A stretch of DNA of 64,000 bases from Parcubacteria group bacterium (GCA_041659505.1 JBAZYF010000004.1:78922-142921), one strand, 5' to 3'. Shown: positions 9,329-18,485, counted from the stretch's first letter. Notes: a model not told the origin generated them from the letters alone. A program made the numbers and translations.

Positions 9329-10039
9329 TCATTTTTTTCTCGCAATCAAAACAATATTTTTACCGCTGGCCAAAAAACATTTTTCAATTTCAAATCCAGC
9401 AGATTGAAAAATCTCTACGAGGCTACTTTTAGTATACACCCGATGGTAGCGCTTGAAAACGCCACCCTCATTATCTTGAAACGGCACCAAGATATCGCCA
9501 AAACCAAACCCGCGATACGCTCCGATTTGAAAAATTTTTCCCAAGAGAGAGGAAAAATTAAAAATATTTTTCCGTCTTTTTTTCTGCCAAAGGTTCCAAG
9601 CTGTGATGACAATTGTTCCGCCCGGTTTTGTAATGCGGAACAGTTCCCTAGCCATCTCTCTGGCATATTTTTCGGGAAAATGATGAAAAACCGCCACGGA
9701 AATAATCCTATTGAAATAATTGTCGGGAAATGCTAGACTGGCAAGACTTGAAATCTTAGAAAAGGACGCCTTGTGCTCGGGATATTTTACCTTTGCTAGA
9801 TCAATCAGTTTTTGGGAAACATCCACGCCGACATACTCTATTTTTTTGTCTTTCAGAATTTCCAAAAGCCGGCCATTGCCACAGCCATAATCCAGAATTT
9901 TGTCCCCGTCCTCAACATAATCAGCGATAAAAGCCAGATCGCACCAGAAATTTTTCCGCGTATGGGAAAATTTCTCTGCCATTTGATCATAGCCAGATTC
10001 GGTTTCGTTCAGTATTTTATTTATTATTTCTTGCTGCAT
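9329..10039 (-). CDS. Class I SAM-dependent methyltransferase (type 11)
   Basis: Motif I ILDYGCGNGRL. Post-I acidic residue. Confidence 0.8.
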   Translation of the reverse strand: MQQEIINKILNETESGYDQMAEKFSHTRKNFWCDLAFIADYVEDGDKILDYGCGNGRLLEILKDKKIEYVGVDVSQKLIDLAKVKYPEHKASFSKISSLASLAFPDNYFNRIISVAVFHHFPEKYAREMARELFRITKPGGTIVITAWNLWQKKRRKNIFNFSSLLGKIFQIGAYRGFGFGDILVPFQDNEGGVFKRYHRVYTKSSLVEIFQSAGFEIEKCFLASGKNIVLIARKK

Positions 10040-10050
10040 AAAAAAATAAT

Positions 10051-10189
10051 GTCATCCTGAGCGAAACGAAGTGGAGTCGAAGGATCTTCTTAACACTATC
10101 CAAAGCTTAATTTATATTTGCAAAGCTTGGGGTATCGGTAGGCAGATCCTTCGACTTCGTCCTGAGTACAGGACTTCGCTCAGGATGAC
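10051..10189. mobile_element. MITE-like element, family B (TIR GTCATCCTGAGCGAAGTC...CGAAGGATC), copy 1
   Basis: Inverted termini at 10051-10085 and 10150-10189. Second copy at 54376-54502. Confidence 0.75.
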
Positions 10190-10213
10190 AACATTTTTAA
10201 ATTAAAAAGTCTC

Positions 10214-11821
10214 ATGATTAAAGCTTACGACAATTTTGTTAAACTGGCAATGCAAGAGTCCGTCACTACGCCGGGAGAATTTTTGCGTGTTAAAAAAAAT
10301 GTTTCCAAAATTTTACAAATCCCCGTGCCAACCAATGCCAATCTGCGCGAGGCTTATGAAAAATTAGTCGCCCAGAAAAAAATTAAGCGTGACTTGGGAT
10401 TTGAAAACATCCTGATCAGCAAAAAAATCCGCACCCGTTCTGGCGTGGCGGTCATCGCTGTGCTCACCAAGCCCTACCCTTGTCCGGGAAAGTGTCTTTA
10501 TTGTCCGAGCGAAAAAGCCATGCCCAAGAGTTACCTAAAAAACGAACCGGCGGTGATGCGCGCCATCTCGGTCAAATTTAATCCCTACGCGCAAGTGCAA
10601 AAACGCCTGCGCGCGCTAGAGCTGAACGGTCACAAGACGGACAAAATCGAACTGATCGTGATGGGCGGAACGTTTTCCTATTTTCCCAAAAAATATCAAA
10701 ATTGGTTTGTCACAGAATGTTTTCGCGCGGTGAATGATTATGGTCATGTAGCCCGTAGAGACGCATTGCGATGCGTCTCTACCACGTTAGGCCGCGAACA
10801 GAAAAAAAACGAAAAGGCCCAGCGACGGATCATTGGATTGACCCTCGAGACTCGCCCGGATTATATCGATGAAAAAGAAATTTTAAATTTTCGCACGCTG
10901 GGTTGCACCCGAGTGGAGCTCGGTGTGCAAAGCATTTTTGATGACGTGCTTACGAAAAATAATCGCGGACACGATGTGGCCGAAACAATCCGCGCCACCA
11001 AGCTTCTCAAAAACGCCGGCTTCAAAATCAACTATCACATTATGCCCGGACTCTATGGATCAGACGAGAAGAAAGATTATCAGATGTTCAAAACGCTTTT
11101 TTCTTCACCGGATTTTCAGCCGGATATGCTCAAAATTTATCCGACAGTCGTTCTGCGTGACAGCACGCTCTATGACATCTGGAATAGAGGCCTCTATAGA
11201 GGCCTCGATGATCAGCAGTTTGAAAAATTCATCTTGCGCGTCAAAAAAAATCTCATCCCGCCCTACGTCCGCATCGCGCGACTCGTGCGGGATGTGCCTG
11301 CCGAATCGATCATTGCAGGACCGATCATTTCCAATTTGCGCCAAATGATCGCCGAAAAATCTCAGTGCCAATGCATTCGCTGTCGAGAAGTCGGTGGAAA
11401 TTTCAATTTACAAGACGAACTGATATTAAACCGCATCGACTATGACGCCTCGGATGGAAAAGAAATATTTTTGGAATATACAACAAGTGATAGAAAAAAA
11501 ATATTCGCCCTTTTACGCCTGAGGATAAATGGAGATTCGACCTACATAACGGAGGTCGAACCTCCACAAGTTCTCAAAAATTCCGCCATCATCCGCGAAG
11601 TGCATACATACGGAACAATGACCGAGATCGATAAGAAAAATAGTAAATCCCCGCAACATATCGGCCTCGGGAAAAAACTGATCGCAGAAGCGGAAAAAAT
11701 TGCCCGGCAGGAATTCGGCCTCAAAAAAATCGCCATCATTTCCGGCATCGGCGCGAGGGAATATTATCGCAAACTTGGTTATCGCTTAAAAGATAGTTAT
11801 ATGGTAAAATACATACACTAA
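10214..11821 (+). CDS. elp3: Elp3-family radical SAM plus GNAT acetyltransferase (tRNA U34 carboxymethylation homolog)
   Basis: KPYPCPGKCLYCPSE and EPAVMRAI align to eukaryotic/archaeal Elp3 (KPHRCPH...CVYCPGG, EPTSMRAI). C-terminal GNAT region. Confidence 0.8.
   Translation: MIKAYDNFVKLAMQESVTTPGEFLRVKKNVSKILQIPVPTNANLREAYEKLVAQKKIKRDLGFENILISKKIRTRSGVAVIAVLTKPYPCPGKCLYCPSEKAMPKSYLKNEPAVMRAISVKFNPYAQVQKRLRALELNGHKTDKIELIVMGGTFSYFPKKYQNWFVTECFRAVNDYGHVARRDALRCVSTTLGREQKKNEKAQRRIIGLTLETRPDYIDEKEILNFRTLGCTRVELGVQSIFDDVLTKNNRGHDVAETIRATKLLKNAGFKINYHIMPGLYGSDEKKDYQMFKTLFSSPDFQPDMLKIYPTVVLRDSTLYDIWNRGLYRGLDDQQFEKFILRVKKNLIPPYVRIARLVRDVPAESIIAGPIISNLRQMIAEKSQCQCIRCREVGGNFNLQDELILNRIDYDASDGKEIFLEYTTSDRKKIFALLRLRINGDSTYITEVEPPQVLKNSAIIREVHTYGTMTEIDKKNSKSPQHIGLGKKLIAEAEKIARQEFGLKKIAIISGIGAREYYRKLGYRLKDSYMVKYIH
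10755..10782. repeat. 28-bp palindrome (11-bp perfect stem GTAGAGACGCA/TGCGTCTCTAC) inside the elp3 coding sequence. Member of the GTAGAGACG hairpin family.
   Basis: Same arms as the intergenic hairpins at 19191-19314 and 53010-53038. Encodes ...RRDALRCVST... in a variable Elp3 region. Confidence 0.7.
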
Positions 11822-11831
11822 GCAACATGAT

Positions 11832-13784
11832 TTGCAGAAAAAAATGAAAAAAAATATTAGCGCCATAGTAATTATCATCGCATTAAGTATCGGCAGTTAT
11901 CTATTTTTCACAAAACGCATTTCTGAAAAGCAACTGCCCCAAACTAAAGACGAGCTATCCGCGACAGGAGTGATTAACTTTCACAAACTTTCTGCAGGAA
12001 AAGAATTTGGAAATATCTTAAAGCTTTTTAACCCAGTAATCGATGAAAAAAATCGAAAACTCTATGTTGTTGGCTCAAAAACAACTTCCATAGGTGTCAT
12101 TGATCTGAATAAAGATGAATTGATTGACACATTTGACATCGGTGTTTTTGGAGGCTTCTTGATATTCAATGACCAAAAACTCTATTCCTTTGATTTTGGC
12201 CGGAGTAAATGTTATGCAATCGATACGATAAATAAAAAAGCGACGGAAATCTCCTTCGACACTTGCACTAGCCTTGCGCCACAAGACAAGGACAAACCGA
12301 AAAAAGCCGGTAGCTATTCCTTTTTGGAAACCGGCTATCGATCTTTTTCTGACGGAACAACCGGCTTCCCGACAGACTGGACGCAAAATCTGAACGGCGC
12401 CTATGGGGTCATTGAAATAAGTGATTCTGCTGGAAAAAAGGTTGGCGAGATTGTTCACGGTCCCGATGCCAATTTTTTCACCATCGATTCTAAAACGAAT
12501 AAACTCTACGCGACCAATACAGGAGATGGCTCTCTTTCGGTTTTTGATCTGAACAAGCTGGAGAGTACCAATTTTTGTGAAAAAAATAGTTGTCTAGTCA
12601 AGGAAATCAATGTCGGCGATTCTGCCGATCAAGTAATTGCTGATTCGAATGGTAATCTTTATGTCCGAAATCGCTTGGGCGGAAGCACAATTTTCAAATA
12701 TGACCAATCGACCAAAACTTTCACCATAATTGAAAATGAAAATCAGCTTTCGAAAAATGCCTCGATTTGGAATAATAATTGGCACGGCGAAATGGCACTG
12801 GGAATGTGGCCGACAGATATGGCACTAAGTGGAGATGAACAAAGACTCTATGTTTTGAGCCATTACGGTGCACTGATTGATATTGTTGATACAAATTCTA
12901 ACAAGGTGACCAGCAAAATTAACTTCAACCCAACACTCAAGCCCAGAACTGATTCCATTGCTAGTATGACCTTGGACAAGTCCAGGGATCGAATTTATGC
13001 GATCTGGCCCGAATTAGGATTAGTTGGAATTGCTGACGGAAAAAATAGCCAAACTCTAGGCACGATCAACCTTGAAAACTACGGCTTCAATAAATCCAAA
13101 GCGGCCAATAGAGGACCGGGCCAGATCAGTATCGCAGTCAGTGAAAAAGATGGCTCCCTTTTTGTCCACCTATTCAATGAAAAAAAACTACTCGCTTTTG
13201 ACGGAAACACTTTTCAGCTAAAAAAGGAAGTGATGGAAGTAGAGACTGAAAAAAGAGAGAAAACCTTGACGGTTAATCCGCAAAAGAACGAGCTATACCT
13301 CGGCAGGACCATTTTTAATCTGACTACTCTGGAAAAAAGCGGCAGTTTTTCTCGCGGACAAAAAGTTGAAGCCATTAATACTACCACCGGTTCAGTCTAT
13401 TTGAAAGACTTGCTTGCCGATAAAAATAGTAAAAACAAAATGAGTTTGAAAATCTTTGAATATTCTGATGGTACTGCGAAAAAAGAATGGACGATTGATG
13501 ACTTAGGAGAAATCGCCAACACGTTTTTCGATTTTAAAAACAATGTTTTCTACGTAGCTGACTTTCTTTCCAGTTCTGTCATAAAACAAGATCTAACAAA
13601 CGGCTCAACTCCAAGTACGCCCCCTGCCAACCCTGCACCCACCGACACCAAAAAACCAATGCCTCCAACAGCAACATCCCAAACGCCAATATCCCCGACT
13701 ACGCCGACACAAGGAAAATGCGGAGACGGAATTTGTCAACCGATCGAAAAAGAAAAAGGCGTTTGCCGGGAAGATTGTAAATGA
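11832..13784 (+). CDS. Membrane-anchored/secreted YVTN-type beta-propeller repeat protein with a Pro/Thr-rich linker and a C-terminal Cys motif
   Basis: N-terminal TM helix. Repeated (K/R)LYV..-..-G.I.V.D motifs. C-terminal TPSTPPANPAPTDT...GKCGDGICQP. Confidence 0.6.
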   Translation: MQKKMKKNISAIVIIIALSIGSYLFFTKRISEKQLPQTKDELSATGVINFHKLSAGKEFGNILKLFNPVIDEKNRKLYVVGSKTTSIGVIDLNKDELIDTFDIGVFGGFLIFNDQKLYSFDFGRSKCYAIDTINKKATEISFDTCTSLAPQDKDKPKKAGSYSFLETGYRSFSDGTTGFPTDWTQNLNGAYGVIEISDSAGKKVGEIVHGPDANFFTIDSKTNKLYATNTGDGSLSVFDLNKLESTNFCEKNSCLVKEINVGDSADQVIADSNGNLYVRNRLGGSTIFKYDQSTKTFTIIENENQLSKNASIWNNNWHGEMALGMWPTDMALSGDEQRLYVLSHYGALIDIVDTNSNKVTSKINFNPTLKPRTDSIASMTLDKSRDRIYAIWPELGLVGIADGKNSQTLGTINLENYGFNKSKAANRGPGQISIAVSEKDGSLFVHLFNEKKLLAFDGNTFQLKKEVMEVETEKREKTLTVNPQKNELYLGRTIFNLTTLEKSGSFSRGQKVEAINTTTGSVYLKDLLADKNSKNKMSLKIFEYSDGTAKKEWTIDDLGEIANTFFDFKNNVFYVADFLSSSVIKQDLTNGSTPSTPPANPAPTDTKKPMPPTATSQTPISPTTPTQGKCGDGICQPIEKEKGVCREDCK

Positions 13785-13827
13785 AAAAAATCACTGGAGT
13801 ATAAATTTCTATTTTTAACTTAATACT

Positions 13828-14229
13828 ATGGACTCAAAAATCATCATCGCGTCTGGTCCAGTTATTGTGGAAGATAATAAAGTTCTTCTTGATTTGCAAG
13901 GAGACGATAATTTTTGGAAGTTTTGTGGAGGAAAGACTAAAGAAGGAGAAGCTCTTAAGGAAACTGCGCAAAGGCGAGCCAAGGAAGAGCTAGGAATCAA
14001 AATCGAAATTCTGGATGAAAAACCTTTTCTTATTCACACGACAAAAGAAACAACGGATGGGCTTGTTGATGTTATTCTGGTTCACTATCTTGCCAAACGC
14101 CGCGGCGAGATCACACCAGGCGCTGACATCCGAGAGTGTAAATGGATTCCACTTTCCGATCTAGAAAAAGAAAATCTAGCGCCGAATATTCTTCCTACAC
14201 TAAAATATTTTGAGTTTATTGCCAGCTAA
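13828..14229 (+). CDS. NUDIX hydrolase
   Basis: Nudix box GGKTKEGEALKETAQRRAKEELGI (Gx5Ex7REUxEExGU). Confidence 0.85.
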   Translation: MDSKIIIASGPVIVEDNKVLLDLQGDDNFWKFCGGKTKEGEALKETAQRRAKEELGIKIEILDEKPFLIHTTKETTDGLVDVILVHYLAKRRGEITPGADIRECKWIPLSDLEKENLAPNILPTLKYFEFIAS

Positions 14230-15357
14230 TTGCCCACATGCCCCTGCCACTTCTTGCCCCAGACTTTTTCTGATTGTTACACTCATTCCACCTTTTTCTA
14301 AAAAGTCTTTGAAAAGGTGTGTTTTATTGCCAGATGATGCTTTAAATTCTTCTCCGGTTTCATTATAAGCGATTAGGTTTACATGCAAAAGTTGACGATG
14401 ACCGATTGATTTGAGATAGGTCGAAAGCGCGTAGGCATCTTCTTCACTGTCGTTGATGCCGGAAAGCAGTACATACTCAAAAAATATCTGCCGATTTGTT
14501 TTGGAAAAATAATCCTTGAGTGCTCCTTTCAACTCTTCTAAATTGTATTTTTTATTGATCGGCATAAACCGGTTTCTTTTTTCATCGGTCGCGAAATGCA
14601 GAGAAATTGCCAGATTGATTTGCGGAAATTCTTCGGCCAAGTTTTTTAACCCCTCAGGAATTCCAGCTGTTGAAACGGAAATGCTGCGCGAACCAAATGC
14701 AAATAAATTTTTATCCACGAGGTCACGCAAACTTTTTTTCACTTCCTCCCAATTCAAAAAAGGCTCCCCCATTCCCATATAAACAATATTACTAATCTGC
14801 CCCCTCTCCTTGATAAGGAGATTCTGATTCTGCCAGGTGACAGAATCAGAGGGGTGAGGTGCATTTTTTTCTTGTTCACTGTTCCCTGTTCCCTGTTTTC
14901 TGATGTACTGTCTCCAAAACAAAACCTGATCCGTGATTTCTTCCGCCGTCAGATTTCTTTGCAGTCCGCCTTTTCCTGTTGCACAAAAACTACAGTTCAA
15001 AGGACAGCCAACTTGCGAAGAAATGCAGACCGACCACTTTTTTTCCCCGCCTGCAACGCTATGCGTAGCATTGCGGGCAGGCATTGGAGATAACAAAACA
15101 GATTCGATTTTGTTTCCGTCAGCTAATTTCAAAAGAGCTTTCAAAGAACTCTTATCTTTTGATACTAAAACTTTTTCCACCTCGAAGGATAAAATTTTCA
15201 TTTCTTTCTCTAGTGTCTCGCGTAAATTTTTGGAAATCGTTGAGATTTCTGAAAAATCAGAAACGCCATCCTGATAGATGGCTTTTTGGATCTGGCTCAA
15301 GCGAAATTTCAGCTCGCCATTGTCAGTGAGGATTTTTTTTAGTTTTTCGAGTTGCAT
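14200..15357 (-). CDS. rlmN: 23S rRNA (adenine2503-C2) methyltransferase RlmN (radical SAM), carrying two in-frame palindromic insertions
   Basis: CISSQVGCPLNCSFCATG radical-SAM cluster. GMGEP motif. Start set at MQLEKLKK: the upstream 16 codons of the listed ORF are encoded by the MITE-A terminus (RLRGND = rc of GTCATTCCCGCGGAG). Confidence 0.85.
   Translation of the reverse strand: MQLEKLKKILTDNGELKFRLSQIQKAIYQDGVSDFSEISTISKNLRETLEKEMKILSFEVEKVLVSKDKSSLKALLKLADGNKIESVLLSPMPARNATHSVAGGEKKWSVCISSQVGCPLNCSFCATGKGGLQRNLTAEEITDQVLFWRQYIRKQGTGNSEQEKNAPHPSDSVTWQNQNLLIKERGQISNIVYMGMGEPFLNWEEVKKSLRDLVDKNLFAFGSRSISVSTAGIPEGLKNLAEEFPQINLAISLHFATDEKRNRFMPINKKYNLEELKGALKDYFSKTNRQIFFEYVLLSGINDSEEDAYALSTYLKSIGHRQLLHVNLIAYNETGEEFKASSGNKTHLFKDFLEKGGMSVTIRKSLGQEVAGACGQLAGNKLKIF
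14801..14854. repeat. Composite palindromic element in frame inside rlmN. Outer arms CCCCTCT/AGAGGGG. Inner palindromes CTCCTTGATAAGGAG and CTGATTCTG...CAGAATCAG.
   Basis: Nested inverted repeats. Falls within a 25-aa segment absent from E. coli RlmN, between QVW and NVV(M)MGMGEP. Confidence 0.6.
15046..15081. repeat. 36-bp near-perfect palindrome CCCGCCTGCAACGCTATGCGTAGCATTGCGGGCAGG in frame in rlmN, encoding PARNATHSVAGG. Identical copy in gpmI.
   Basis: Exact 36/36 identity with 49662-49697. 16 of 18 positions self-complementary. Confidence 0.85.
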
Positions 15358-15368
15358 AAATAATTTAG

Positions 15369-15539
15369 TGTCATTCCCGCGGAGGCGGGAATCCAGACAC
15401 CTCAAGTTTTAAAATAAAGAGAAAGCAAATTACTAAAATTCAAGGTTTACTGAAGTAGAAAACTAATCCGACTTGCAGCTCGATTTTTCAGAGATTATAG
15501 CTGGTGGAACCTGGATTACCGCCTTCGCGGGAATGACAC
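15369..15539. mobile_element. MITE-like element, family A, copy 2
   Basis: TIRs GTCATTCCCGCGGAGGCGGGAATCCAG / CCTGGATTACCGCCTTCGCGGGAATGACAC. Confidence 0.8.
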
Positions 15540-15551
15540 GAAAGAAAAAAT

Positions 15552-15884
15552 TCAACTTCTAAAATCAAACAATTTCTCCTTAAAATCAACCACTTCCCCG
15601 TCTCTTACTTTTACTCCTTCTTTGGCCAAAAGTCCAGCCTTGACCTTCGCCCCTTGCGCAAAACCGCCGATTCGGCCGTCAGAGCGCACCACACGATGGC
15701 ATGGAACGACCGGTGCGTAGGGATTGCAATTGAGTGCGTTGCCTACCGCCCGCGAGGCATTGGGCCTTCCGATTGCCTGAGCAATCTGACCATAAGTTGC
15801 CACTTTTCCGCGTGGAATTAATTTAGTTTTGGCGTAAACAAAATCAGAAAAAGATTTGGTAGATTTATTAGAAATGCGCTTCAT
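15552..15884 (-). CDS. MGMT-family methylated-DNA-protein-cysteine methyltransferase, standalone DNA-binding/active-site domain
   Basis: Active-site PCHRVV plus HTH (YGQIAQAIGRPNASRAVGNA). Confidence 0.8.
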   Translation of the reverse strand: MKRISNKSTKSFSDFVYAKTKLIPRGKVATYGQIAQAIGRPNASRAVGNALNCNPYAPVVPCHRVVRSDGRIGGFAQGAKVKAGLLAKEGVKVRDGEVVDFKEKLFDFRS

Positions 15885-15890
15885 ACTAAT

Positions 15891-16826
15891 TTAAAGTTCA
15901 CTGAGACTCGCAAGTCTTGCAAATTCTTCATTCACGATTTTTTGCATCCGCGCCAGAACCGGTTTATTTTTTTCCGAGAAAAGATGTTTGAATCGGCCTT
16001 GGGTTTTCAAAAATTCGCTCACTGGTTTTAGGGTTTTTGGTTCATAATTTAGCGTATACTTTCTGCTTTCTCCGCCCAAGGCGGATCCGCCTTGGGCGGA
16101 AATTTCATAGAGCGGCCAAAAATTTGTTTCTGTCGCCAATTTGGCAATCGCCACATATTGCGAGGTGGGAAATTTCCAATTATTCGTGCACGGTGAAAAG
16201 ACTGTGAGAAAGCTTGGCCCATCGACTGCTAAGGCTTTTTTGGCTTTCATTTTGAGGTCCGCAATGTTTGCAATATTGGCTTGTGCGGCATAGGAGATAT
16301 TATGCGCCGCCACAATGCCCATCAAATTTTTGCGCATCTCGACTTTGCCAAAAGATTCTTTTCCGACTGGTGTCGTTTCTGTTCCCGCGCCATAAGGCGT
16401 CGCGGACGATCTTTGATTGCCCGTGTTCATATACCCCCCATTATCATAGACAACGTAGAGAAAATTGTGCCCGCGCTCAAGTGCACCGGACAATGCTTGC
16501 AGTCCAATGTCGTAGGTTCCCCCGTCTCCGCCAAAGGCAACAAACTTAATTTTCTTTTTGATCCTGCTTTTTTTTCGCATAAACTGATAAGCTCTTTCCA
16601 CACCAGAAATCGTCGCCGCCGCGTTTTCAAATGCGCTGTGGATATATGGTACGTTCCAGGCGGTGTAGGGATAGATAGTCGAAGTCACCTCAAGACATCC
16701 TGTTGCATTGGAAATCACTACCGGCGTAGTCGCCTCGCCCAAAATCGTCCTGACAATTGAAGGAAACGCACACCCCGCGCAAGCGCTATGACCGGGGGCT
16801 AGGTTTTTTGCTAAATTTTTGTTCAT
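15891..16826 (-). CDS. porB: Pyruvate/2-oxoacid:ferredoxin oxidoreductase beta subunit (TPP-binding)
   Basis: GHSACAGCAFPS Cys motif. TPP motif GGDGGTYDIG...NGGYMNTGNQ. Confidence 0.9.
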   Translation of the reverse strand: MNKNLAKNLAPGHSACAGCAFPSIVRTILGEATTPVVISNATGCLEVTSTIYPYTAWNVPYIHSAFENAAATISGVERAYQFMRKKSRIKKKIKFVAFGGDGGTYDIGLQALSGALERGHNFLYVVYDNGGYMNTGNQRSSATPYGAGTETTPVGKESFGKVEMRKNLMGIVAAHNISYAAQANIANIADLKMKAKKALAVDGPSFLTVFSPCTNNWKFPTSQYVAIAKLATETNFWPLYEISAQGGSALGGESRKYTLNYEPKTLKPVSEFLKTQGRFKHLFSEKNKPVLARMQKIVNEEFARLASLSEL

Positions 16827-16877
16827 CTATTTTCTATTAGTTCTGCTAAATATATCGCGATTTTTTATTTAAATTCT

Positions 16878-17028
16878 CTTCTCCCTCCGGGAGAAGGTGG
16901 CCAAAGGCCGGATGAGGGTGCCCTCAGAAACACAAAAGCTTAATTTAATTGATTGTTTTTTCTGTATTGGCAAGAACCCTCACCTGTCACGAGTACGTGA
17001 CATCCTCTCCCGGAGAGAGAAGAGGCTA
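16878..17028. mobile_element. MITE-like element, family E (TIR TCTCCC(T)TCCGGGAGAAGGTGGCC...), inserted between porB and porA
   Basis: Inverted termini. Second copy at 26262-26412 with the same GGTGGCC(A/G)AAGGCCGGATGAGGG core. Confidence 0.7.
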
Positions 17029-17031
17029 TTA

Positions 17032-18210
17032 CTAGGTCAAATATTTCTCCTTAAATTTCCCCTCCAAAATTTTCTCAATCTGTTTTTTGAATACATCCCG
17101 TCCGCCTAAGCCATAAACTATACTGGAAATTTTTGCGTCGCTATTGTCTCGCAAACTGACTGAAATTTCTGAATAGAGCGGTGGATGCGAACCAATTGAT
17201 TGCGCGCGATCCATTACAATTATTTCTTTGGCGTTTTTTAACGCAATTGCAATTTCCGAAAACGGAAACGGACGAAACAATTCAACCTTCAAAAGTCCAA
17301 CTTCCTCCCCTTTCTTGCGCAATTCATCAATCGCATCTTTGGCTGTGCCGGCGACTGAACCGATCAATACTAAAACTTTTTTCGCATCTTCTGTTTGGTA
17401 TTCTTCAAACAAAGTATATTTTCTTCCGCTAATTTTTTCATACTCTTTGGTGATCTTTAGATATTCTTCCGCCACTTTCTCCATCGCCTCTTCTTGATCA
17501 ATTTTGAATTCAAAATAGGACTCTTGCAGTGCCACCGGTCCATAAGTTACTGGATTTTCAATGTCGAGCAGTGAATGTTCCGGCTGATATTCCCCAATAA
17601 ATTTTTTGACAATTTGGGCGTCCAATATTTCTAAATTTTCCACAGAGTGTGAAGTATTGAAGCCATCCATAATCACCATCACCGGCAGTCCACACGCTTC
17701 CGCCAATTTCATCCCAATAATTGTTTTATCATAGACTTCTTGCGGATTCTCGCAAAAAATCTGCACCCAACCCGAATCACGAGAACCCATCACGTCGCTG
17801 TGATCACCGTGGATGCTAAGCGGAGCTGAGAGCGCACGCGCCGCCACAACCATCAGAATCGGCAAACGCATCCCGGAAGCCACATAGAGCATTTCGTGCA
17901 TGTACGCCAAGCCCTGTGAGCTTGTAGCGGTCACGGTGCGTGCTCCGGCGGCTGATGCGCCGATGGCCGCGCTCATTGCGCTGTGCTCTGATTCCACCTC
18001 AATCATTTCCGTCTCCACCTCGCCGTCCGCCACAAATTTAGCATACGTTTCGATGATTGGCGTCTGTGGGGTGATTGGATAAACCGGCATCACATCCGGC
18101 TCAATTTGTCTGAGAGCATAAGCCGCGGCATATCCCCCGGTCAATGCTAATTTTTGCCCCAGGGCACCCTCTCTTCCTTCGGAATTCACCTTGTTGTTAT
18201 TATTTGTCAT
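17032..18210 (-). CDS. porA: Pyruvate:ferredoxin oxidoreductase alpha subunit
   Basis: LTGGYAAAYALRQIEPDVMPVYPITPQT N-terminal signature. 392 aa. Confidence 0.9.
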   Translation of the reverse strand: MTNNNNKVNSEGREGALGQKLALTGGYAAAYALRQIEPDVMPVYPITPQTPIIETYAKFVADGEVETEMIEVESEHSAMSAAIGASAAGARTVTATSSQGLAYMHEMLYVASGMRLPILMVVAARALSAPLSIHGDHSDVMGSRDSGWVQIFCENPQEVYDKTIIGMKLAEACGLPVMVIMDGFNTSHSVENLEILDAQIVKKFIGEYQPEHSLLDIENPVTYGPVALQESYFEFKIDQEEAMEKVAEEYLKITKEYEKISGRKYTLFEEYQTEDAKKVLVLIGSVAGTAKDAIDELRKKGEEVGLLKVELFRPFPFSEIAIALKNAKEIIVMDRAQSIGSHPPLYSEISVSLRDNSDAKISSIVYGLGGRDVFKKQIEKILEGKFKEKYLT

Positions 18211-18213
18211 AAA

Positions 18214-18477
18214 CTAGTTCTTTTTCATAGTTATCGCTTTCACTGGGCAAACTTGCGCGCAAACACCACAGCCTTTGCAAAATTCATAATCAATATCCGC
18301 TTTATCCTTCTTATCGTCTTTATGTTTTTTCATCTCAATGCAGGCATCGGGACAAAACGGCACACAAGTCGTACAACCGATACATTTGTCCTTGTCCACT
18401 TCCGGCTTCATATACCGCCAAGAACCAGTCCGGGGAGATTTTTTGATATTATGTTTGATGATTGCGCCTTTTTCCAT
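18214..18477 (-). CDS. porD: Pyruvate:ferredoxin oxidoreductase delta subunit (2x[4Fe-4S] ferredoxin)
   Basis: Two CxxCxxCxxxCP motifs. Start taken as ATG (MEKGA); the upstream GTG of the listed ORF lies in the MITE-C terminus. Confidence 0.85.
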   Translation of the reverse strand: MEKGAIIKHNIKKSPRTGSWRYMKPEVDKDKCIGCTTCVPFCPDACIEMKKHKDDKKDKADIDYEFCKGCGVCAQVCPVKAITMKKN

Positions 18478-18485
18478 AAAATTCG

